Source of the DNA: Clostridia bacterium
GTDB lineage: Bacteria; Bacillota; Clostridia; Oscillospirales; CAG-272
DNA: 64,000 nt
Direction of reading: 5' to 3'
Assembly (NCBI GenBank): GCA_017623975.1
Contig: JAGANX010000060.1
Location: 56,711-120,710 of the forward strand
Shown: piece by piece, positions 1-7,254 of the stretch
How the letters are laid out: each line of letters opens with the position of its first letter
Position numbering within the stretch: the stretch's first letter is position 1
Translations under genes and position numbers: made by a program
The notes under the pieces: generated by a model
Database searches by the model: none
Seen by the model: only the letters and a program-made list of their open reading frames with translations
Told to the model about the DNA's origin: nothing

Positions 1-824
1 ATGTTTTATCCTTTGTTGATAAAATAGATGTTATGATTTTGTGTGGCGGCAGCGCAACCGACTTACCAAAGCAAACACCGTATTTGGCAGAATATTTTAA
101 TGTGGTTGATAGCTTTGACACTCATGCAAAAATACCGGAGCATTTCGCAAATGTAGATGCAGGGTCAAGGAAAAGCGGCAAAATCGGCTTGATTTCTGTT
201 GGTTGGGACCCGGGTATGTTTTCGCTTAACAGGGCGATGGGCGGCTCGATTTTAGTTGACGGCTGTGATTATACCTTCTGGGGCAAGGGCGTTAGCCAAG
301 GACACTCGGACGCTATCCGCCGTGTGGAAGGAGTTGCGGACGGAAAGCAATATACCGTTCCTGTTGAAAGGGCTCTTAATGAGGTAAGAAGCGGCTCAAA
401 CCCAACACTTACCACAAGGGAAAAGCACACAAGGGAATGCTATGTAGTGGCAGAAGATGGGGCAGATAAGGCGCAGATAGAAAAGACAATAAAGGAAATG
501 CCTAACTATTTTAGCGACTATGATACAACGGTGAATTTTATTTCGCAAGAGGAATTGAACGAAAACCACGCCGGCATCCCACACGGCGGCTTTGTAATTC
601 GTTCAGGCAAAACAGGTGTGAATAAAGAAAACACTCATATAATTGAGTATAGCTTAAAGCTTGACTCTAACCCTGAGTTTACCGCTTCTGTTATCGTTGC
701 CTATGCAAGGGCAGCTTACCGTATGAACAATGAGGGTATGTGCGGCGCTATGACGGTGTTTGATATTGCGCCAAAATACATTTCTCCTTTAACAAATGAG
801 GAAATGAGAGCAAAGCTTTTATAA
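1..824 (+). CDS. ddh: meso-diaminopimelate D-dehydrogenase, 5'-truncated by the window edge
   Basis: The reading frame stays open back to nt 3, with no in-frame stop upstream of the listed Met. It is colinear with Corynebacterium-type Ddh and carries the motifs LCGGSATD, GWDPGMFS, FWGKGVSQGHSDA, PHGG and LDSNPEFTA. Confidence 0.85.
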   Translation, partial: VLSFVDKIDVMILCGGSATDLPKQTPYLAEYFNVVDSFDTHAKIPEHFANVDAGSRKSGKIGLISVGWDPGMFSLNRAMGGSILVDGCDYTFWGKGVSQGHSDAIRRVEGVADGKQYTVPVERALNEVRSGSNPTLTTREKHTRECYVVAEDGADKAQIEKTIKEMPNYFSDYDTTVNFISQEELNENHAGIPHGGFVIRSGKTGVNKENTHIIEYSLKLDSNPEFTASVIVAYARAAYRMNNEGMCGAMTVFDIAPKYISPLTNEEMRAKLL

Positions 825-841
825 AATTAATGAAACAACAG

Positions 842-866
842 GGCGGGGGCTTGCTCCCGCCATTTT
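842..866 (+). terminator. rho-independent terminator after ddh
   Basis: GC-rich hairpin GGCGGGGG-cttg-CTCCCGCC followed by ATTTT. Confidence 0.65.
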
Positions 867-890
867 AAAAATTGGTTTGAGGTGTGAAAA

Positions 891-2129
891 ATGCAAGATT
901 TACTTAAAAACCATGCAAAAATAATATATAGCACAGCAATTAAGGAAAACATGCCAAACTCAGCAGTTGAAAGGTCCTTGAAAAATGCAAAATTCACCGG
1001 CAAAGTCGTGTTGGTTTCTATTGGAAAAGCAGGCTGGGAAATGGCAAATACTGCATATAGCATCTTAGGACAACGGATTGATTGCGGTATTGTGATTACA
1101 AAATATGACCATTCAAAAGGAGCAATCGGAAACCTTGAAATTTATGAAGCAGGGCACCCTGTGGTTGATTTTCAAGGAATTAGCGCTACTAAAAGAGCAC
1201 TTGAAATGACAAAAGACCTGTGCGAAAATGATACGGTGCTGTTTCTGGTTTCGGGTGGAGGCTCTGCACTTTTTGAAAGCATAGAATGTCCTCTTGAAAA
1301 AATGCAAGAATTAACAAAAACACTTTTGCACAGTGGCGCTACCATAAATGAAATGAATGCAATAAGGAAGCATATTTCAAACGTTAAGGGTGGTAAATTT
1401 GCGTGCCATGTGGCACCGGCGCAGGTCTATGCGGTGGTTCTATCTGATGTCGTTGGAGATGATTTGTCAACAATTGCATCAGGTCCTGCTGTGGCAGACA
1501 ATACAACTGCCAATGAGTGCCTTGAAATATTACATAGGTATGGAATTTGTGTTGAAAATGAGATTTTAGACCTAATAAAAAGAGAAACACCAAAAGCGGT
1601 GAACAACTCTGTTCACGCAGTGTCAGGCAGTGTCAAGGAGCTTTGTAAAAGCGGAAAAAAGCAAGCGGAATTGTTGGGATACCAATCCTTAATAATTAAC
1701 GACAGTGTAGCTTGTGATGCAAAGGAAATCGCTGAAAGAATAGGTGAGTTAGCAAAGGAAAACAGTGAGACAAGAGTGCCGATTGCCATTTTCTTTGGCG
1801 GAGAGGTAACCATTAAGGTTAAAGGTAGCGGCAAGGGTGGAAGAAATCAAGAGCTTGCTCTGATGTGCGCCAAAAGGATAAAGGATTATGATAATATGGC
1901 TGTTTTTTGTGTGGGCAGTGACGGTACAGACGGTCCAACCGATGCAGCCGGTGGATATGTTGACACAAAAACCTGGGAATTTATTGAAAAAAGCGGAAAA
2001 TCCCCCGAGGAGTATTTAAAAAACAATGATTCCTACAATGCGTTAAAGCTGACAGACGGCTTGATTTTTACAGGTCCAACAGGCACTAATGTAAATGATT
2101 TATATGCGCTATTAATTCAACCAAAATAA
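891..2129 (+). CDS. glycerate 2-kinase (MOFRL/DUF4147 family)
   Basis: 412-aa ORF with RBS GAGGTG upstream. Family hallmarks are GKAGWEMA, VSGGGSALF and GSDGTDGPTDAAGG. Confidence 0.75.
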   Translation: MQDLLKNHAKIIYSTAIKENMPNSAVERSLKNAKFTGKVVLVSIGKAGWEMANTAYSILGQRIDCGIVITKYDHSKGAIGNLEIYEAGHPVVDFQGISATKRALEMTKDLCENDTVLFLVSGGGSALFESIECPLEKMQELTKTLLHSGATINEMNAIRKHISNVKGGKFACHVAPAQVYAVVLSDVVGDDLSTIASGPAVADNTTANECLEILHRYGICVENEILDLIKRETPKAVNNSVHAVSGSVKELCKSGKKQAELLGYQSLIINDSVACDAKEIAERIGELAKENSETRVPIAIFFGGEVTIKVKGSGKGGRNQELALMCAKRIKDYDNMAVFCVGSDGTDGPTDAAGGYVDTKTWEFIEKSGKSPEEYLKNNDSYNALKLTDGLIFTGPTGTNVNDLYALLIQPK

Positions 2130-2130
2130 G

Positions 2131-2168
2131 AAAAACACCTTTTGCGATTATGCAAAAGGTGTTTTTTG
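2131..2168. terminator. bidirectional terminator between convergent genes
   Basis: Perfect 12-bp stem AACACCTTTTGC / GCAAAAGGTGTT, flanked by an A-run and a T-run. Confidence 0.75.
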
Positions 2169-2189
2169 TTATGGTATTTACATAAATAA

Positions 2190-3551
2190 TTATTCGTCCT
2201 TTACAACAAAAACATGATTAATACCGTATTTTTTTGAAAGGGCAATTGTGCCTTCGTCAAACACCTCACCGCACACGATTAAGGATACCGCAGGCGGGCA
2301 GGAAATGCTTGATGTGGCAAGGGTCCTTCCAAGTGCGCTTTCAACAGAAATTTGTTCCCTGGGCAAATAGGCGGCTTGACGGATGGACATTTTCTTTTTT
2401 GGGTGTGCCACTGTAATTTTTTCACAGCTTAACGGTGCTTTTGTTTCAATTGAAGACAAAATTCTAAATAGCTTTCTTATTTCATCAATTCCGTTTTCAA
2501 GGGAGGGCATAAGAACTAAATAGTCGTCATCAAAAAACTCACAAATTACGCCGTGTTCTTCAAGTATTTTAGCAAAATCTCCGCCCCAGTATCCGAATTT
2601 CTTTACATCGAACACTAATTTAAGCGGTTCACGCAGGCTGAAGAAGGAGTGTAAAAGCTCCATCTCAGAGGAGTAGTAAAGAAAATCTGATAGCGCATTG
2701 TTTAAGCTTGCTTCAAATTTCTGCAATTTTTCTTTATATCCGTTGGCAATATACTTGTTTGCATTGTCAAGGGAAGCAAGGGTTAAATAAGAAGGACTTG
2801 TACTGCCAAAGAGAGACAGTGCTTGCTTTGCATTTTGGCGAAAGAACTCAGGAGCATTTTTTCCAATGTGCAGGTAAGCTCCGCCTGTTAAAACAGGCAA
2901 GGTTTTGTGGGCAGAATCACAGCACATGGTAGCACCTAAGGAAATTGGGTGCATATCCTTGATTGAAAATTTAAGGTAAGAGCCATGTGCATTGTCAACG
3001 ACCAGCATTGTACCGTGTTTTTTACAAACTTGGGCAAGCCCCTCAATATCACACATATTTCCAAGATAATCCGGGCTTGTAACGTACACACAAATTGGCA
3101 TTTTATCTACACAAGATAGAGCATTTTCCAGCTTTTCTTCGGTTATAATGCAAGAAAGATAACTGCTTTCCTTGTTTGGATAAATCCACTCAACATCCAA
3201 ATCGTTTAGCACACAGGCGGAAATGAAAGAGGAGTGGGCATTTCTGCCAGCCAAAACATAGCCGTTATTTTGACCGCTATAAACCTTTGCAAGATATAGC
3301 ATTGCACGTATAACGTGGGAAGAGCCTTCGGTTGAATAAAATGTTCCGCCGCTTTCAAAAAGAGCTGTTGCATTTTTTTCACTTTCCATAATTATACCGT
3401 TTGCGTGGTAAAGGCTATCAGCACCTACGATTTCGGTAATGTCGTATTTTTCAAAGCCTAATTGCTCCTTTCCCTTGTGCCCGGGCATATGTAATCGCAA
3501 AGCGTCTTTTTTTACATATTGATTTATAAAATCACAAATCGGAGTGTTCAT
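2190..3551 (-). CDS. PLP-dependent Orn/Lys/Arg decarboxylase family protein
   Basis: 453 aa. N-terminal MPGHKG motif and PLP-lysine context DSAHKTLP. Its ATG overlaps the scfB stop by 1 nt (TAATG), which suggests translational coupling. Confidence 0.8.
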   Translation of the reverse strand: MNTPICDFINQYVKKDALRLHMPGHKGKEQLGFEKYDITEIVGADSLYHANGIIMESEKNATALFESGGTFYSTEGSSHVIRAMLYLAKVYSGQNNGYVLAGRNAHSSFISACVLNDLDVEWIYPNKESSYLSCIITEEKLENALSCVDKMPICVYVTSPDYLGNMCDIEGLAQVCKKHGTMLVVDNAHGSYLKFSIKDMHPISLGATMCCDSAHKTLPVLTGGAYLHIGKNAPEFFRQNAKQALSLFGSTSPSYLTLASLDNANKYIANGYKEKLQKFEASLNNALSDFLYYSSEMELLHSFFSLREPLKLVFDVKKFGYWGGDFAKILEEHGVICEFFDDDYLVLMPSLENGIDEIRKLFRILSSIETKAPLSCEKITVAHPKKKMSIRQAAYLPREQISVESALGRTLATSSISCPPAVSLIVCGEVFDEGTIALSKKYGINHVFVVKDE

Positions 3552-4921
3552 TATTCTTCAAGTGCCTTGGCAACCGCTACCATGATGGCACATTCCATTC
3601 TTTTTCTAAACAGACGGCAACCGTATTCGTAAACTCCGCGCACACTGCCTGTTGCGTGGTATGCGTTGGCTGCACAACCACCGGAACAGTATAGCTTTGC
3701 CCAGCAGTCCTTACAGTCAGGACGGGCATATACGTTACAGGATGCAAATTCACACTGCGCTTCCTTGTTAGTAACTCCCTTATAAATATCGCCGAGTTTG
3801 TATTTTTCTTCTCCTACAAATTGATGGCAAGGGTATAAATCACCCCAAGGGGTAACAGCCATATATTCCGTTCCTGAGCCACAGCCGGATATCCTTTTAT
3901 AGATACAGGGTCCGCCTTTTAAGTCAATCATATAGTGATAGAATGTAAAGTCCTTGCCCTCACTATGCTTTTTAAGCATTAAGGATGCCAAATCTTCATA
4001 CTGCTTGCAAACAATAGGAAAATCTTCTTCTGTTAATTCTTCCTTGTCGCCCTTTGCGCAGACAACTGGCTCCATGCTTAACTCATTGAAGCCTAAATCA
4101 AGCATAACCTTAATATCCTCTAAAAAGTCAGGGTTAGAGTGGGTAAATGTGCCACGCATATAGTAGTTTTTGCCACCACGGGCATCTACTAATTTTTGGA
4201 ATTTTGGTACAATTCTTTCCCAGCTGCCGTTACCTGCATAGTCAACTCTGTATTTATCGTGTATTTCCTTTCGCCCGTCAAGGGATAGGACTACGTTTGA
4301 CATTTCACGGTTAGCAAAGTCAATTACATCATCATCAATTAAAACACCGTTTGTGGTTAAGGTGAAACGGAATTTTTTATTGTGTTTCTTTTCTATTTCA
4401 CGGGCATATGCGACCAAATCCTTAATCATTTGAAAATTCATCAAAGGCTCGCCACCGAAAAAGTCAACCTCTAAATTGTGGCGAGAGCCTGAGTTTTCAA
4501 CCAAAAAGTCAAGAGCACGCTTACCAACCTCTAAGGACATAACAGCCCTTTCCCCGTGGTATTTGCCTTGGGAAGCAAAGCAGTAAGAGCAGTTTAGGTT
4601 ACAGGTGTGGGCAACGTGCAAGCAAAGGGCTTTAATAACGCCTGCTGTTTTTGCTTTTAGCTTGTCCGCCATTGGTTCAAATGTATCGGGGGTGAAAAGG
4701 GCGCCGCTGCTTTTAAGCGACTCAACCTGTGTATAGCACTCCTCAATTTCGTCTATGCTGACTTCATTATATTTTGAAGAAATTGATGTAATAACCTCGT
4801 CACGTGTCTGCTTTTCAAAAGCTTCAATAATATCATAGGTAATATCGTCAACCACGTGAACACCGCCTGAACAAATATCAAGAACGATGTTATATCCATT
4901 TAATTTATATTGATGTACCAT
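3551..4921 (-). CDS. scfB: radical SAM/SPASM thioether-forming SCIFF peptide maturase
   Basis: 456 aa. Radical-SAM motif CNLNCSYC and C-terminal SPASM Cys clusters (CGSGTEY..YPCHQF, CKDCWAKLYCSGGCAANA). RBS AAGGAG. Lies immediately downstream of the SCIFF precursor gene. Confidence 0.9.
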   Translation of the reverse strand: MVHQYKLNGYNIVLDICSGGVHVVDDITYDIIEAFEKQTRDEVITSISSKYNEVSIDEIEECYTQVESLKSSGALFTPDTFEPMADKLKAKTAGVIKALCLHVAHTCNLNCSYCFASQGKYHGERAVMSLEVGKRALDFLVENSGSRHNLEVDFFGGEPLMNFQMIKDLVAYAREIEKKHNKKFRFTLTTNGVLIDDDVIDFANREMSNVVLSLDGRKEIHDKYRVDYAGNGSWERIVPKFQKLVDARGGKNYYMRGTFTHSNPDFLEDIKVMLDLGFNELSMEPVVCAKGDKEELTEEDFPIVCKQYEDLASLMLKKHSEGKDFTFYHYMIDLKGGPCIYKRISGCGSGTEYMAVTPWGDLYPCHQFVGEEKYKLGDIYKGVTNKEAQCEFASCNVYARPDCKDCWAKLYCSGGCAANAYHATGSVRGVYEYGCRLFRKRMECAIMVAVAKALEE

Positions 4922-4937
4922 ATTATCTCCTTACAGG

Positions 4938-4968
4938 AAATGCAGAATGCAAAATGCAAAATGCAGAA
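4938..4968 (-). repeat. 7-nt tandem repeat (AATGCAR x 4.4) in the scfB leader
   Basis: The + strand reads aatgcag aatgcaa aatgcaa aatgcag aat. On the mRNA strand this is (Y)UGCAUU x4. It sits between the scfA terminator and the scfB RBS. Confidence 0.9.
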
Positions 4969-4975
4969 TTTAACA

Positions 4976-5006
4976 ATTAAAAAGGCTGTTTGGTATCAAA
5001 CAGCCT
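4976..5006 (-). terminator. intra-operon terminator/attenuator after scfA
   Basis: Perfect 10-bp stem AGGCTGTTTG / CAAACAGCCT with a 4-nt loop, followed on the minus strand by TTTTT. Located 16 nt after the scfA stop. Confidence 0.8.
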
Positions 5007-5021
5007 AATTGTGCGGATAAA

Positions 5022-5168
5022 TTATTTGTTGTTGTTTTCGCACTGTTGGTTAGCGATACCGCAGCTTGTTTTGCAAGCAGACTGGCAAGATGTTTGACAT
5101 TCGCCGCAACCACCGTTCTTTGCGCTTTCACAAAGGTTACCTGTTTTGATTGTCTTGATATGTTCCAT
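5022..5168 (-). CDS. scfA: SCIFF (six-cysteines-in-forty-five) ribosomal peptide precursor, 48 aa
   Basis: MEHIKTIKTGNLCESAKNGGCGECQTSCQSACKTSCGIANQQCENNNK contains the invariant GGCGECQTSCQSACKTSC core. RBS GGAGGA lies 7 nt upstream of the internal ATG at 5168. The longer listed ORF start (5231) falls inside the predicted promoter. Confidence 0.9.
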   Translation of the reverse strand: MEHIKTIKTGNLCESAKNGGCGECQTSCQSACKTSCGIANQQCENNNK

Positions 5169-5202
5169 TTTTAATTCCTCCGAATAAGATTTACTTGAAA
5201 AA

Positions 5203-5231
5203 ATTATATCATACTTCCATTTTAAAGTCAA
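5203..5231 (-). promoter_or_regulatory. sigma-A promoter for scfA
   Basis: Minus strand reads TTGACT - 17 nt - TATAAT, with TGa as an extended -10. Confidence 0.7.
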
Positions 5232-5253
5232 TACAAATATTACAAATTCTTTA

Positions 5254-5282
5254 TTGATTATTTTTGATTTATATGCTACAAT
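5254..5282 (+). promoter_or_regulatory. sigma-A promoter for the cyclophilin genes
   Basis: TTGATT - 17 nt - TACAAT with a TGc extended -10, about 30 nt upstream of the ATG at 5313. Confidence 0.6.
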
Positions 5283-5312
5283 AATAAAGAATTTCGAGAA
5301 AGGAATAGATTT

Positions 5313-5996
5313 ATGGGTAAAAAGAAATCCTCTTGGCTTTCACCTACAAAGCAAAAGGCGCTTGATGAAAGGTTAAAAAAAGAGAAGAATAAAAAAATAG
5401 TAATGTTTGTATTACTTGGCATAGCGATTTTGATAGGCATTAGCGTGATGACTATGGGAATTGTTATGGCAAGCCGCCCGTATTATGCGGATATTGTGGT
5501 GGAAGGATATGGGACGATTACAATAGAGCTTAACGGTAAGGAAGCACCGAAAACCGTTGAAAATTTTGTAAAGCTTGCACAAAGCGGCTTTTATGACGGT
5601 ACTACCTTTAATATGAAGGGAAGCGAAGGAACTCTTTGCGGTGGCAGGGCAAAGGACGGTCAAGCTCCTGCAAGCATTAAGGGTGAATTTAGCAAAAACG
5701 GTGTAGATAACGGCATTTCTCATATGAGAGGAACGATTTCCATGAATCGCTTGGTAAAGGAAGACACAAGCAGCCAGACGGATGAACATTACTATAACAG
5801 TGCTAACAGTGAGTTTTTTATTGTACAAAAGGATTATTTGAAATTGGACGGCTATTTTGCCGGCTTTGGCACTGTTATAAGCGGAATGGATGTTGTTGAT
5901 AGAATTTTTAACGAAATGGAAGCGGATGAAAACGGTGCGGTTGCCAAGGAAAACCAGCCTGTTATTAAGTCCATTACAATAAAAAGGTCAAAATAA
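5313..5996 (+). CDS. membrane-anchored cyclophilin-fold protein with degenerate catalytic motif
   Basis: 227 aa. K-rich N-terminus plus one TM helix (IVMFVLLGIAILIGISVMTMGIVM). Cyclophilin fold motifs are present (GTITIELNGKEAPKTVENF, HMRGTISM, SEFFIV, GFGTVISGMDVVD). The canonical FHR..GFM.QGG motif reads FNMKGSEGTLCGG instead. Confidence 0.75.
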   Translation: MGKKKSSWLSPTKQKALDERLKKEKNKKIVMFVLLGIAILIGISVMTMGIVMASRPYYADIVVEGYGTITIELNGKEAPKTVENFVKLAQSGFYDGTTFNMKGSEGTLCGGRAKDGQAPASIKGEFSKNGVDNGISHMRGTISMNRLVKEDTSSQTDEHYYNSANSEFFIVQKDYLKLDGYFAGFGTVISGMDVVDRIFNEMEADENGAVAKENQPVIKSITIKRSK

Positions 5997-6013
5997 AAAA
6001 GAGGTAAATTGCG

Positions 6014-7165
6014 ATGAAGAAAATTTTTGCATTGATTTTTGCCATAATTTCCTTTTGCGTTTTAGTGTCCTGTGGCGATAATGAAAACGGAGGAAATGGT
6101 GGTAGCAGTGAGTTTGAGACCACGCATAAGGCAATAATTGAAATTGAAAATTACGGTACAATAAAGCTTGATTTATATGGTAAGGAAGCGCCTGTAACGG
6201 TTGTGAATTTTGCAAAGCTTGCAAACAGCGGCTTTTATAACGGCTTAACCTTCCATAGAATAATTGAGGGCTTTATGATGCAAGGCGGATGTCCAAAGGG
6301 TGACGGTACAGGCGGGGCAGATGCTGATATTATGGGTGAATTTTCCAAAAACGGCGTTGATAATAAAATTTCACACAAGCGTGGCGTAATTTCCATGGCG
6401 CGCAGCGGACATCCGCAGTACGATTATTATTTTTATGATACAGCATCCTCTCAGTTCTTTATAGTACAAGAGGATGCTTCGGCAAGCCTTGACGGTAACT
6501 ATGCAGGCTTTGGTATGGTAACAGAGGGTATGGAGGTTGTCGATAATATTTGTAAAAGTGCAAGACCGTCAGACAATAATGGCACAATTCCTAAGGCCGC
6601 ACAGCCTATTATTAAATCAATAAGCGTTACGACTGTTTCACCAGACTTTGAGGAAAAAACACCACAGGCTACTCACGAGGCAGTTATTGAAATTGAAAAT
6701 TACGGTACAATAAAGCTTGATTTGTATGGCAATATAGCACCCATAACTGTTGAAAACTTTGCTAAATTGGCAAACCAAGGCTTCTATAACGGCTTAACCT
6801 TCCATAGAATAATTGAGGGCTTTATGATGCAAGGCGGATGTCCAAAGGGTGACGGTACAGGAGATTCCGGTACGGACATAAAGGGCGAATTTTTGGCTAA
6901 CGGCATTTTTAACTCCATAGACCACAAGCGCGGGGTTATTGCTATGGCACGAGGAAACGAGCCGGATTCTGCATCCTCTCAGTTCTTTATAGTTCATAAG
7001 GATTCCCCACATTTGAATTACAATTACGCCGCATTTGGTATGGTAACAGAGGGGTTAGAGGTTGTGGATAAGGTTTGTACAGATGCAAAGCCAACCGATA
7101 ATAACGGTACAATTGCAAAGGACCAACAGCCGAAAATTGTATCTATAACCGTAACTGAAAAATAA
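6014..7165 (+). CDS. tandem-domain cyclophilin-type peptidyl-prolyl isomerase lipoprotein
   Basis: 383 aa. Signal peptide with lipobox LVSCG. Two complete cyclophilin domains, each with FHRIIEGFMMQGGCPKGDGTG. Confidence 0.85.
   Translation: MKKIFALIFAIISFCVLVSCGDNENGGNGGSSEFETTHKAIIEIENYGTIKLDLYGKEAPVTVVNFAKLANSGFYNGLTFHRIIEGFMMQGGCPKGDGTGGADADIMGEFSKNGVDNKISHKRGVISMARSGHPQYDYYFYDTASSQFFIVQEDASASLDGNYAGFGMVTEGMEVVDNICKSARPSDNNGTIPKAAQPIIKSISVTTVSPDFEEKTPQATHEAVIEIENYGTIKLDLYGNIAPITVENFAKLANQGFYNGLTFHRIIEGFMMQGGCPKGDGTGDSGTDIKGEFLANGIFNSIDHKRGVIAMARGNEPDSASSQFFIVHKDSPHLNYNYAAFGMVTEGLEVVDKVCTDAKPTDNNGTIAKDQQPKIVSITVTEK
6119..7162 (+). repeat. in-gene tandem duplication of a cyclophilin domain (period 549 nt)
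   Basis: Segments starting at 6137 and 6686, and at about 6229 and 6779, are near-identical at the DNA level (for example ...ccttccatagaataattgagggctttatgatgcaaggcggatgtccaaagggtgacggtacagg in both). Confidence 0.9.
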
Positions 7166-7168
7166 AAC

Positions 7169-7196
7169 AAAAGAGGTGGGCTTCACCTCTTTTACT
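7169..7196 (+). terminator. terminator after the cyclophilin operon
   Basis: Hairpin AAGAGGTG-ggctt-CACCTCTT followed by a T-rich tail. Confidence 0.7.
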
Positions 7197-7215
7197 TTAT
7201 TTAATTAGCACTATA

Positions 7216-7251
7216 AAAAGTAAACAGGCTCGCCGCGGTGAGCCTGTTTTT
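7216..7251 (-). terminator. terminator after the LRR gene
   Basis: Hairpin AAACAGGCTC...GAGCCTGTTT, followed on the minus strand by ACTTTTTA. Confidence 0.65.
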
Positions 7252-7254
7252 GCT

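Noticed and set aside
5169-5231. 21-codon N-terminal extension of scfA in the listed 69-aa ORF.
   Set aside because: The predicted -35/-10 promoter lies within this extension. The internal ATG has a GGAGGA RBS at ideal spacing and gives the canonical ~48-aa SCIFF length.
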